Source: Hyphochytrium catenoides
Lineage: Eukaryota; Protista; Hyphochytriomycota
NCBI GenBank assembly: GCA_900088475.1
Contig: FLMG01002834.1
Span: 1 to 37,299 of the forward strand
Reading direction: 5' to 3'
DNA: 37,299 nt
Positions 11,919 through 25,727 of this stretch are shown here, piece by piece. The position numbers and the translations under genes were made by a program. Every line of letters starts with the position of its first letter. Within the stretch, counting starts at the first letter, position 1. The notes beneath the pieces are model-generated. The model was not told where the DNA came from. It saw nothing but the letters and a program-made list of their open reading frames with translations, and did not search any database.

Positions 11919-14156
11919 TCAGTCGTAGAGCAGGTCATCAGCTGCAGCATCTTCGGCCTCTCCGGTGCCAAAGTTCTTCAGTACACTCTTCTGCAACTCT
12001 GTCATCGACCGTGATAGATCGTCCAACATTGCGCGATCTTCCTTTTCTCTTATTCCTGCCTCTTCCTTTAGTCTCTGCTTCACTAGCCGGAGCTCCTTCA
12101 TTACTTTGACCTGGCTGGCCTCTGTTTGGCGATCATCTACCCTCATCGTCTGGTCAATCTCTTCAGCCAGGGAGAGGAACTTTTCATATCTAGGACGGAA
12201 GTGGCAAGGAAGGGGGTCAGTCACTTCGAAGAAGAGTACCCTAACAATTGCTAGACAAGAAGAGCTCATATAATTGTTAGACACTCTCCATTCTCCAGAA
12301 AGAGCCTTATGAGGCATCACTGCGCTGGGATCTAACACAATGGAGTCAAGTTAAGGTGCTCTGTACCTGGTGTCACGTTCTTCTGCCGCCGACGCGGCAG
12401 CATTCTGTTGATGGACCTCAAAGCGACTAATTATCTTACTTTCTCTCTTCTGCAGCTTCATGTTTTCAATGTCAAACGTCTCACGCTGCTTCTGAAGCTT
12501 TCTAGAGAACACATGGCAGGAGACGAAGAAAGGAAACCAAAGCTCACACATCGAGCAGGAAGGACAGGGATCGACCGAGCAATCAAATAAAAAGCAGTGG
12601 AGGGCAAGTTGGAGTAAGGTCAGACAGACGAAGAAGAGAGGTGGAGAGAGAGATCGAGAGATCGAGAGAGATCGAAAGAGATTGAGGGAGAGGGAGAGAG
12701 AGAGAGCTACCAAGAAATTATAACGGCAAGAGCTCCTAGACATAACAAGTTTGTAAGGGAAGAGAGAGAACTGTAAGAAGCTGTTACCGCGTTACGGTCC
12801 CCTGCAGCTCTTCGATGATATTTGGGACGGTGACCGTCACAAACTCCACGAAGGAATTGTCAAGTCGCTGGAGGCTACAGGGAGAAGAAAAGTCAAAAAT
12901 AGGTGACATGGGCTCCACGCTCCTAGTCGGGAGAGCCAGAAGGGAAAGTAATGCAAAGAGTCCAAGCAAAGGCGTAAGACAAAAGGTGAAAAGGCGTAGG
13001 AAGGCAGAGGTCCAATTGTGGACCTCACAGGCGACATGCCCTAGAGCGTAGAGATGCAGTCGAGGAAGTAAAGAGTGTGATGGATGGATTCCCAGGACCA
13101 GGAATGGGCATAAGACGAAACCAAGAGAGCTAGTCTCCTTAGAAGGAGAAACAGATCAAAGTGTGCATCTAGAAACGACCTGTCGCCTATAGGAGGCAGT
13201 ATATTAGCCTCAATGTTATCGAACTCTGCGTTGCACCGAGCTTCATATTTCGTGATCGTCTCGCGAAAGAGAGTATCCAATGAATTCTATACCGTCAGAG
13301 ATAAGGTAGGGCACTCAGTCAAAGAGTGAGAAGGGATGTCGTGCTGGCTACTTAGGCGCAGTGAAGGCAGAGCCAAGCAGACTAGGGAAGCGAGTGGTAG
13401 CGCCGTTGCTCTCTCCAAGAAGTTAGGAAGCAAGAGAGGCAGACCTTAAGAGCTTCCGCTGCCTTATCACGGTGTTCCAATTCAGCTTTATGCTTTTCTC
13501 TCAGTCGCACTGCGCGAGCTCTTACTTCATCCTTCACATGGGCGGAGAGGCACGGAAGTTACAAAGCGAATGATGGTGAGCGTTCGTCACTGAGGTTGAG
13601 AAGCGATACATACACTATATAAAGAGCCACGATTACTCGATGAAGAAGTCCAAGATGAATCAAGGAAAGAAGGGAATCAAGAGTTAGAATGGACACGAGG
13701 CGGAGCGGTGGTGGCAGAAGAGGAGGTAGAGAAGGGAACACGAGAGGCACACAGAAACGCGAGCCTAGATCTATAGATGAAGATGACGTCTAACCAACTT
13801 CCGCTGGAACTCGAGATTCCTGAGCCTGGTAGTCTCCTTGAAGTCTTGAACCCCTTTCTCTAAGTTCACCTCCACACTCTCAATGATCTCCGCCCGTTGA
13901 GACTCGGCCAGCTCTCCTGAAGGCGCTTTGATCTGAACAACCAGGCATCAGGTTCTTAGAGCTGAGGAAGCTTACAGCGATCGCTGGCAATAGAACAAGA
14001 AGAGCAGGACGGAGGGTGATAGCGAGAGGTAGGGCAATGGAAGTAGAACGCAGCAGCTATCGCCCACGACTCTACCGTTGACCTCACCGCTTCAGATTCC
14101 CTGCCCCCTGGTGGGGCTACTACTTCCGTGGTAGATAGCTTGTAAGCTTGAGCCAT
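11919..14156 (-). CDS. SF-assemblin/beta-giardin family coiled-coil protein (striated-fibre/rootlet), 7 exons, about 300 aa
   Basis: Phase-consistent exons give a short Pro-containing head (MAQAYKLSTTEVVAPPGG) and a long charged coiled coil ending LKEEAGIREKEDRAMLDDLSRSMTELQKSVLKNFG. This resembles the RE.ED..(I/L)....T..LQ..L C-terminal motif of SF-assemblins, and the size fits the family. Confidence 0.65.
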
Positions 14157-15011
14157 ACTTAGTGGAAGCTTGCTCTAGTCTTCCTCAGAGACGTCCTAGC
14201 CTTCTTGCTACCCCTTACGTGGTACAGCGTGAGGCGTCCGCCACGTCATACTTCTCGTGCATGTCCGGGATACAATTCGCGCTGAAACTAACCCGGTTGG
14301 CCTACCCACTCGCCCGCAGCGGTCCCTAACATTCATGCATGATTTCTCAAGCCCGCAGAGCCCAGCTTAAGGATCTCTCTCTCGACCTCGTCAGAAGCTC
14401 TGTCCGCGGCTCGCACTGCAGATGGAGCCCAAGGTCTCAGGAAGAAAGAAGAAAGGTTACTGGTCAACGAAGAGAAGTGTCGTTTCCCTTCTTCATCCCA
14501 TCAACTGACCCATTACCCACAATCGAACCCAGGTCTCCACATCACGGGGATAACCCTATATAGTAGCTAGTGATGGATAATGGTTAGCAGGTACAACTAT
14601 GGGCCCCACCCATATTACCTCAAGCGACATGCCCAATATTCTTCAGAAGCTTCAAGTCTCACATCCTCCGCAGAGATGCAGATTAGAGTTATAGAAGCTT
14701 GCATGAAGGGTCAACATGCTCTGACCAGCCAAGCTCCTGGACGATATCAAGGGCAAGAAGAGCAGTCCCAGAACAAGGTCGGAGTGTGAGGCATTAGAGA
14801 AGATGGTCGAAGAGGAGAGGACTGGAAGATAAGAGGACATAACAGAAGGGAGTAGGGAGCCAGAGCTGGCAGCACAAGGAGTCAGAGATAGCACAGGGTA
14901 CGCCGGCTAGCAGCAACCACGTATCACAGGTAGCGCAAGGAAATATTTGGACAACCTTACTCAAGCCCCGCAATCTCAGCGCTGCTCTTCGGCTTGCCAG
15001 TCGTTCCCATC

Positions 15012-17456
<2,445 letters not shown>

Positions 17457-17485
17457 CGATCTCGCTGCCACGAAATGCACCAACA

Positions 17486-20400
17486 CTAGTGAGAGAACGC
17501 TACTTTTGCACACTTCTTGAACTTGGATAAGAGCTCTAGGATACCAAGGTCTCGCGGCTGAGAAAAGGGAAAACATTGTTAGGGAGCTATGACACCAAAA
17601 ACAGCTAGATCGGAACTGCAAGCCCTGCACAAATCATGGGCAGATCCTCAATCGTTCTCCTACCTGGAGGCGGCCCCCAACACTCCTAACTGCCATGGCT
17701 TGAATAAACTCTTCCATGGAGAGGTGCCCATCGTCTGTTCAAGCGAACGATGCCACGCGGAGTAAGACAACGAAATGAACGACAAACAGAACGTGCGCTC
17801 GGGTGAATGGACGGCGCCAGAGAGACGAATTGACATGTGCAGCGACTTATAGCAAAGAGAGACAGACAGCAACTGGCTCCTGGTCCTACACTGGTTCTTG
17901 CAGTGGTTTTGCCCTTCCCATAGAAGTATAACCGAGCATTTATGGCTTACCATTTTTATCAAATAGATGAAATATGATGTCCAGCTGAAGGTCAGAGATT
18001 AGGTTTTGGCCATGACATGCAGCCTTGACAGCGTGTACAAAGTGTGCTGCATTCAAAAGAGGCAAAGGAAAAAGACTAGGCTTTAGGAGCTGTTCAGCGG
18101 CAGTCCGACGGAAAGAGTTACCAAAGACCTAGAGCTTACTGATCCTGACCTTTGTCAACGCCTACATCTCTGTTCACTGTTAGCAATCGCAGAGCAGTCT
18201 GTGGTGCAGCATTTGTAAGGGGAGCATTTCGGCGGAAGTAGCCACCATTCAGAGGAGACTGGATGTCGTGTATTGAATGACCTCGGACGTACCTCCACTC
18301 TGTCGATAGAGTCCAAGAACTTGCAGAAGTTATGGAATTCCTCTTCGGATACGACTCCCTATACCGAGAGAGAGACGAGTAGTTAGTGCTACCTCTCCTC
18401 GCACGTTGATGTGGCCTTCCTCTCCCTATTTGTCCTCTCCGTTCTTCCACTCTAAGATGTCTACAGCACTCTCTTCCCTCTTTATCCTTGTTCTTACATT
18501 CTGTTCAAGGGTGTCAATCCTCTTTCTGAAGGCCTTGCTACCTCTCTAGACATAGATAGTTGTTGAGTAAAGATCGAGCCAAGATACCAGAGGGAAAGGA
18601 CAAGAGGTATACCTCGCTGCTGTACGCCAGAAGAAATGACGCGAACTCCATCGGAGACAGCCAACCATTCTCGTCAACATCATAATAGTTGAAGTAAGTG
18701 ACGGTTAAGGCTTACTATGACTAGCACGACGGACAGGGATCGTCAAGAGGACATAAAGCTAGCGGTAACAAGGACGAACTTAGGCGCGATAATGTTGCTC
18801 AAGGATAGTGGTGCAGCGTGTCGTAGCTGTGGACAGAGGGGTTGGGCAAACGCTTATCAGGAAGACATGTGGCAAGGGTTGGAAGGATATCTCCAACTGC
18901 TGGACTTCCCGCTTTACCCGGTGATAGAAGTCCTGAAAGACCTCGTAGGAGAGCTTCTTACTGAAATGGCAGCAAAAGATAAAGTCAGAACTATGTTACC
19001 TTGGATCGAAAGCCCAGAAGAAAGATTACCTGCCGTCTACACCAAAGAAGTACGCATATATGTTGGACCAACGGTTGAGACGATGGAAAGCCCTGTCTTG
19101 CTTTCCTGCAGGGGTCTTCGAGGCGAGCGCCTTGATCATCTACGCGGGCCAGGTTCAGCGGCTCTTATTAGTATCTTATGACACAGCGGGGCGATAAGGC
19201 GTGGACGAGGACAAAAACTTTAAGGTTGCCAGGTAAATCAACCAAGCAAAGAAGAACATGGCCCACAGGTCCTAGTTCAAGCTGAATAAGTCAATACAAA
19301 CCATGGGAGGTGGACCCACGTAAGCATGCGATAGAAACATAAGAAGTTTAAGGCGACGCCAGATCACGTAGGCGATGTGGCAACGAACGACAACGATGCA
19401 CCCTTCTTTCTCACCAACTCAAACTCCTTCGGACTCAAAGTTCCGTCATCGTTTTCGTCAAACATATCAAACGCAATTTTGAGGTCCTTGGGATGCACTG
19501 GTCCGAAGAACGTTAAGGACATATATAAAGAAGAGCGGTTAATCAGAGGTTGTGGCACACAGGAATCCAAAAACTGGGTGGAGTAAGTGAAGGCAGAGAT
19601 GGTTTGGCTAGCGCACACGGAGGCTTTAAGGGTAAACGGAGGTAAGATACCGGCCATAAGGGTGTTGAAGAAAAGGTATTCCTCATAAGATATGAGACCG
19701 TCGCCGTCCATGTCAATTAGCCTGAAAAAGCTCTCACGCAGAGTTCCTCCTCGAGACTAGGTAGCATTGTTAGAGAGGCAACCATCAGTACGGGTCACTT
19801 AGGGAATATTACGATGCCAGAAGGGGTGGAGTGATGAAAGGGGCAAAGATAGAGTAGTTACGAGAGAAAGAGAACATAAGGAAACAAGTAGAATATAAAG
19901 CAGAAGAGAGGTGGGGGTTGCCGGGTCTAGAAGCTACGGAGAGCGAGTGAGAGAGACAGCTAGACAGAGAGAGCGAGTGAGAGAGAAAGCGAGAGAGATA
20001 GAGAGAGGAAATAGTTCAGTGTGGCTGGACCGAGTTGCAGGCGCCTCCACTTAGCGACTGGCAATGGATACAAGTAACGAGAAGCGCACCAAGATGTGGT
20101 CCTCGAAAGTCCGGACTGTCAGGCCTAGCTCTTTGATTATCTCATAATGAGTCTACACACCCACAATGGTTCGCAGTAAATGTGAGAGGTAGTAGCAAGA
20201 ACTTGATCGAAGGAAGAAGAGAGACAAGACGACGCATTGTTTTGTGAGCAATAACGACAGGAAAAAGAGGGAAGTCGATGACGAGGGCAAACAGAAGGAA
20301 GACATTTCCTCATCGCCCCAACTGGTCTTAGCATGTGATCTCGAGGAGTAGAATGTATTCTCTCGCGGTACCTGTGGGTCTATGGACAGCTCGCTTTGCA

Positions 20401-21365
20401 TCCTATTCAACTCTTTAAGGTCCCCCTTACTGATTGTCTCAAGGACCAGAAACTGCCGCAGGTAGGAAAGATAGGTCTGTCTCTGCTCCTGTTCACAACG
20501 CAGCAAACAGGACAGGCAGCTTGTCAGACAAAAGCTACAGGGAAGCTTGCTAATAGTGACAGCCCTACCGCGGTTGGTCCTCCTGTCCTAGCCGTCCATG
20601 TGAAGTTGCGGTTGTGAGAACCCAGCTGACCAATGCTGTTAGTGGCTTTGACAAGTAGTTTCACCGCGGCCCCACTTTCACAGACCTCTCTATATCTCTC
20701 TCTCTTAGCAATCTTTCCTTCTACCACCCCTTCTCTCTCCGTCTCTTTTTCTCTCGCCTTCTCTTTGTCTTTTAATGCATCTGGTTGGTCCTGCGTTGCT
20801 GTCTTCGCTTATCATCATATCCAGCTGTTAAGTACCTCTGTTCCTGTCCTTTCATCGTAGCGATTGATGGATCTCTTGAAGTCCTCTATGGTCATAAATG
20901 ACTGTCCGCCTGCGTTGATAGACGCGAAGTACTCGAAAACCCGCTCAGGGTTGCTATGCTGGCGAAGGCGATTCTCATACTGACCTACATGGACGTGTCA
21001 GTCTTTAGCGAACGAGAGATGCACGCGCAGGCTGATCTACCAATAATGCGATCGCGTGTAGAAGCAGCAGTATTCTTGTCGGTATGGTGGTGTGTTGCGG
21101 AGAGGTCCTCGTGACGATCATCCTAACGGAGTCATAAGAGATAATAAGTTGGGCGCAAGGAGTGCTCGACGCGATCGCATAATCCTACCAGATAAGTATA
21201 TTGCCCACCGCAGGCCAGAGCAATAGCACCAACAGCAAGCAATACGCTGCCACTCTCTGGTGCTTGCCGCCTAGCCAGAGTGATTGGTGACGTAAGAGGC
21301 AGCGCTCGTCGTCGTCCAGTAAAGGCTGATAGAACTGGCAAAACCAATCTCCGGCTCATCCTCAT
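17486..21365 (-). CDS. MICU1: MICU-family mitochondrial calcium uptake regulator (EF-hand), multi-exon
   Basis: Arg-rich presequence plus hydrophobic segment, then IIGQYENRLRQHSNPERVFEYFAS..FMTIEDF, DGLISYEEYLFF, IAFDMFDENDDGTLSPKEF, YFFGVDG, DIIFHLFDKNDDGHLSMEEF and C-terminal PRDLG...KC. Confidence 0.9.
18694..18890 (-). other. U12-type (minor spliceosome) AT-AC intron, 197 nt
   Basis: 5' end GAG|ATATCCTT, branch site CCTTAAC (18710-18704) ending 10 nt before the terminal AC|. Removal gives in-frame VQQLE|FNYYDVDENGWLSPMEF. Confidence 0.92.
19498..19650 (-). other. Probable U12-type GT-AG intron, 153 nt
   Basis: 5' end GTATCTTA (deviates from RTATCCTT after +5) and a perfect TCCTTAAC branch site 14 nt before the exon boundary. 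Confidence 0.5.
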
Positions 21366-22088
21366 GATCTCGAGAAGAAAAGTCCGCTAGAATGGTACAG
21401 TTGAGACCTCTCTTTCATAGAATAAGCAGAGTTGAGACCGACTATTATCTGTCAGGTACTCAACCTGATGACCATCGCCTGAAGGACGGAGAAGGCAGGT
21501 TGCAGCTCTGCCGATTCGCGGATCTTCATAATAAAAAGCAAGCTGCAGATTATTTGCTCCGTCTTCCCGGACAAGTTGTCAGTTGTCAACATATCGGTAC
21601 AGGGTGAGGTGCGTTCGTTGTACGGGTAATCAGCTGTACGACTTACAGATACCACGATGGCCGTTACCGTCATTCTTCAGTCAATGATAACCACAACGCT
21701 CTGATTATTCTCGCAGTCTCCATACAATTGAACAGAGAAGGGAACCTGGAGATGAAACGACCAAGGAAGCCCTACAAATGAGGCCTGGCTGTAACCTTTT
21801 AGATTTTTGCGAGTGTACGCCAAGCGACACCGACGCACGATCATGACAAATGCAGAGCCTGTCTTCGCCGTCTTCCACTTCATTGCCCATCCGCAGGCAT
21901 CTGAGGGCTCTAGTAATCTGGAGTCAATAAGAGAGACCAAGCTCTTTCATGCCGCATTGGGAAGAAGGGTTGGTTTAGTCTACTAGCTGAGGACGGCGAA
22001 AGAGGGACTGGGGAGTTGTGAGCTGTTGGAAGCACGGTTACAGGCCAGGCTATTGTTCAGCTAATAGTTGGCCAAGACATTGGGAAGG

Positions 22089-22985
22089 ATGTCACACGTG
22101 GAAGGTACGTAGACTCTGAATTAGATAGCAGTGGCTTGAAGGCTCAGCCAGTCTTCTGTTTGCAGAAGAAGAGGAGATTATCGCTACTAGCAGGGGCACC
22201 CCTGAGGTGAGTAGATAATGGTCTCCTTGAGGTCTCACCCAATCTGAGCCAACCGCACTCTCACAGGACAACCGCTTTGATAAGATCATTGGCACACTGC
22301 AGGACATTTTAATGGACCCTGAGTTCACTGAGATGGTTGACAGATTTTGTCAAGAAAACAGCGGTATGTGGCTGGGAGGATGCAAATTGCTCTTCACATC
22401 ATATAAACTAACGCATCTCCCTCCCTTTCAGAGCATTTCGAAGATACCGAAGAGAACAAGCTGATATACACCAACCTCTTTCAGGAGTACTGCAGCTTCA
22501 TTGGTTAGAGAATATCGACAGATTGCATCACTGTTGGAGAGACTTCACTAACTTTGTGCGACAGAGCTTTACATTGACAGGCGACTGACCGAAGTCATTC
22601 CGGTAGGCCCCACACCATTGTCACTTGGCCTTATCTCAGTACTAAGTCATCAGCTAATGGGTCCTTCACACTCTAGGATTTCTCTATGGACAAGTTTCTT
22701 AGCACCCTAGAAAAGAGAGAAGGTAAGCTGGAGAAGCACAGGTTCACAAGCTTTCGTGCCCTGATTTCATCAATCCAATAGATGAAGTCTGCGGAGACGT
22801 GTTTGACATGTTACTATCTTTCGGAGATTTCGAAGAGTTCAAGCACCTGATGCTTTCCTACAAGCGTTCCGCTACATCCATCTCAGGTATGCTTACCCTT
22901 GTCAGTACTGTTGCAAGGCGCTTACCATTACTTTCTCATGGCAGTTGATGGGACCAGCATGCCTACTACAATTGGAGTTTGCTAA
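22089..22985 (+). CDS. ARL2BP: ARL2-binding protein (BART domain), 8 small exons
   Basis: MSHVEEEEEII..PEDNRFDKIIGTLQDILMDPEF..HFEDTEENKLIYTNLFQEY..IPDFSMDKFL..GDVFDMLLSFGDFEEFKHLMLSYK. Confidence 0.9.
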
Positions 22986-23087
22986 TATAAAGCTCCATGT
23001 TTTTGTTAGCTTATTGCCGTCAGCAACTATCAAACTATCACTAGAGAGAAGTAGGAAATTGGCACGATGAACAGATTATCTTTGAAG

Positions 23088-24309
23088 TTAGTCCCTCTCG
23101 CTGATAGCGGTCAGATGTGTGTCGATCTCCTCTTCAGTTAATGTGCGGAATCTGCAGCGCAGGAGGGCGGGGCCTGAGTCTCGTGTCGTCAATCATGGAC
23201 GGGGATACCCAGTGGCGCCTTACCTTTGTCCAACTTGCGCAATGCCAACTTCCAGTTCAGTGGTCTTGAAGTCGTGAGAAAGCACCTGAAGGAAATTCAA
23301 GGTGTCCTTAGCAAAGGATATCAGCTCAACCCATTCTATGCACCCTACGTTCTGAAGGCAGCTGATCGCTGTCTGGATAGCTGTGGATGCGTCCATGCTG
23401 CTGTTGGCCTTGACTTTCTTCTCGAGGAAATTATGGGCTTCTTGCTCTTTCGCTCCCGCCGCGGTTGCCTGGTGGACAGATCGAAGGAATCAGGACTACA
23501 ATGGCGAAGAAGTCTACGCCACCCCTTGAGCCTACCTTCCATCCTGCATACAACCCGGCTGGGTCAACCTTGTACAGCTGGGGTCCCTGCTCATCATCAA
23601 CTCCGACAAGAATCATTACACAGGCCAAAGCTCTCATGAAAGCTTTCTGTGTATAGACCTGGGAAAACATCACAGTGAAAGTTAACATTCAGCAAGTCGC
23701 GAAGGGCTCTACTCAACTGGATCCACTGTGCCAAAAAGCGCTATCGTTTCGGTCTACCTGTGTGATGTCTGCCGCCCTCTTGGCCAGTACGTGAACGGGG
23801 ATGTCATAACCATATTTGTACTTGAATTCGTGGGCCTCGTATCTTATTCTTTGTACTTGTGAGCGGGCATCCGCTAGAATCAAAGAGATGGTTAGCCTTG
23901 AGATTAAGATGCTGTGCCTAGCCTCCACGCGGTCGTTCCTCCATACCTATGAGTCCTGTCACTACACAGCCAATATTCTCGGTGATCTTGAAGATGTGGG
24001 TAACCGATTCGGGCTCAATAAGCTTGTCCTATATAGAAGAAAAGGTGAGAGCGCGGTCCACTCGTCACACTAGTGATCGTACTTACGGCGATCTTTTTCT
24101 GTGTCACGACAACACTAACATCCGATCCTCGAACGCCCACTGAGGTCAACCCAGCAGACTTAACAGCCTTGAACGTGTATTCTATGGTATCTTATTAGTG
24201 GCGAGTGGACAGGACTCAAACTAAGAACTCTTTACTCACCAATTTGGTACAGTCTCCCTTCTGGAGAGAAGATAGTAATGTGTCTATCATACCCTGCGTC
24301 CCTCGACAT
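23088..24309 (-). CDS. PSMA6: 20S proteasome subunit alpha-1 (alpha type-6), multi-exon
   Basis: [87 protein letters not shown]. Confidence 0.96.
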
Positions 24310-25179
24310 CTTGCAGGGTTATTATGAGTAAAGTAGAGTACAGTCTTCTGGATCTCGGCAAAGAATGGAGCCACTCTCGCTTCCTCAAAGAGTTTAGAGT
24401 CCAACAAAATCTGTGAAGGAGCTACGAAACGGCAACAGATCGAGCTCCTGCAGCAGTCTTCAGAAATCTGTCTTCAGATCTGCAGAGGCTGTTGCCACTT
24501 TCCTCTTTATCTTTTGGCATCTGTGTGAGACATACGCTCATGGGGCACCAACACTGGCGGTCTCAGAATCCAAGTATCCAATTAGTATATAAACCCCAGT
24601 GAGCGGAGACTCCCATGAACAAGCACCTCATATCTTTCGAGTTCCAGCGAAGCCCTTTTTGCAATTGGCGCTTGGGTAAAAAGGGAAATATTTCAGCTGA
24701 ATCCGTCACTGCGTACCTTTCGCAAAGTTTCATATTCCTCGTCCGCACATTGTGCGAGCCTTCTTTATTCTGGTGACACTCCTTTGCCAGTGCAAGGCAA
24801 GCTAAACGCCCGTTACGCACAAGTGTGCGTATTATATGTGAGGTTCCTCTCTATACGGAATGCCTGTGCGTGGAGTGTGGATGGGGGCTTTGAGTGCGCT
24901 TTGGCGTGAGAAAGGTCTCCATAGGTTTTGTGGGTTCCAGCCGCCGCGCCTTTCCCTCCAAATTCTTCTGTCTTTCAATGGCTAAAGAACACCACCACCA
25001 ACAGGCACAAAGCTCGAGGTCCATGCCACAATGATTCTTAGATAAGAAAGCCAACGAAAGGGAGCGAAACGTTAGACCCATCTCCATCCTGATCACGTGT
25101 CCTCTTGCTCGATGAGGCGAGTGTGCAATATATAGGGTCGGTTGCGAGCTCACTGGCTGCTTTGCCTAGAAAGAACGGA

Positions 25180-25655
25180 ATGGATCAGACGACTTTTCGA
25201 AGGTCAGGCGTGATGTAAGCGGAGAATGTCGATATTATCTAATAATCCCTTCAATCCGCTTACAGGTCACGAAAGAGATCGCTAGTTCCATCTATCGATG
25301 ACAAGCCCATCATTCAGCCCGAATCTATTGAGACAGATCTACCTCCACTATTCTTTTTATGCCCATACACCCCACAATCCTTGGTCGAAAAGCCTCCGCT
25401 GGATTTGCCAAACTATTATCAAGTTCCAGACTTTGAGATGATTATGAGCCCTCAGAAGGTAATGTGTGCTCTATGTTGACACAGAGGCTGGAAATCCTGG
25501 GGCTAACACGCCCAGTAATTCAATGTTCTCGGCAGGTACTGAAAGTAGTACCCAACAGCGTTTTAGGGAAAAGACTGAGGACTTGTTCCGAGAGCGATGT
25601 CAATCTGCCTGAAGGTAACCAATTGTCTTTCGTGGCTAGCGCACTATTCGGATAA
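25180..25655 (+). CDS. Small hypothetical protein, 3 exons (25180-25202, 25266-25458, 25536-25655), 111 aa
   Basis: An ATG and two phase-consistent GT-AG introns give an open frame MDQTTFRRSRKRSLVP...IMSPQKVLKVVPNSVLGKRLR...ALFG. A TATA-like ATATATAG lies about 50 bp upstream. Confidence 0.55.
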
Positions 25656-25727
25656 TTGTATTTATACGAGACCGCAGACATTTGGAGGGCAGAACAAAAA
25701 GCAGAAAACGCTTGGCTGACAGCGGAT

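Noticed and set aside
14339-14930. Splice-like sites and short ORFs upstream of CDK20
   Set aside because: I could not join them in frame with the kinase or into a convincing protein; they may be 5' UTR or uORFs.
23313-23321. ATATCCTTT on the minus strand in PSMA6
   Set aside because: It lies inside an ordinary GT-AG intron whose removal already gives the correct protein.
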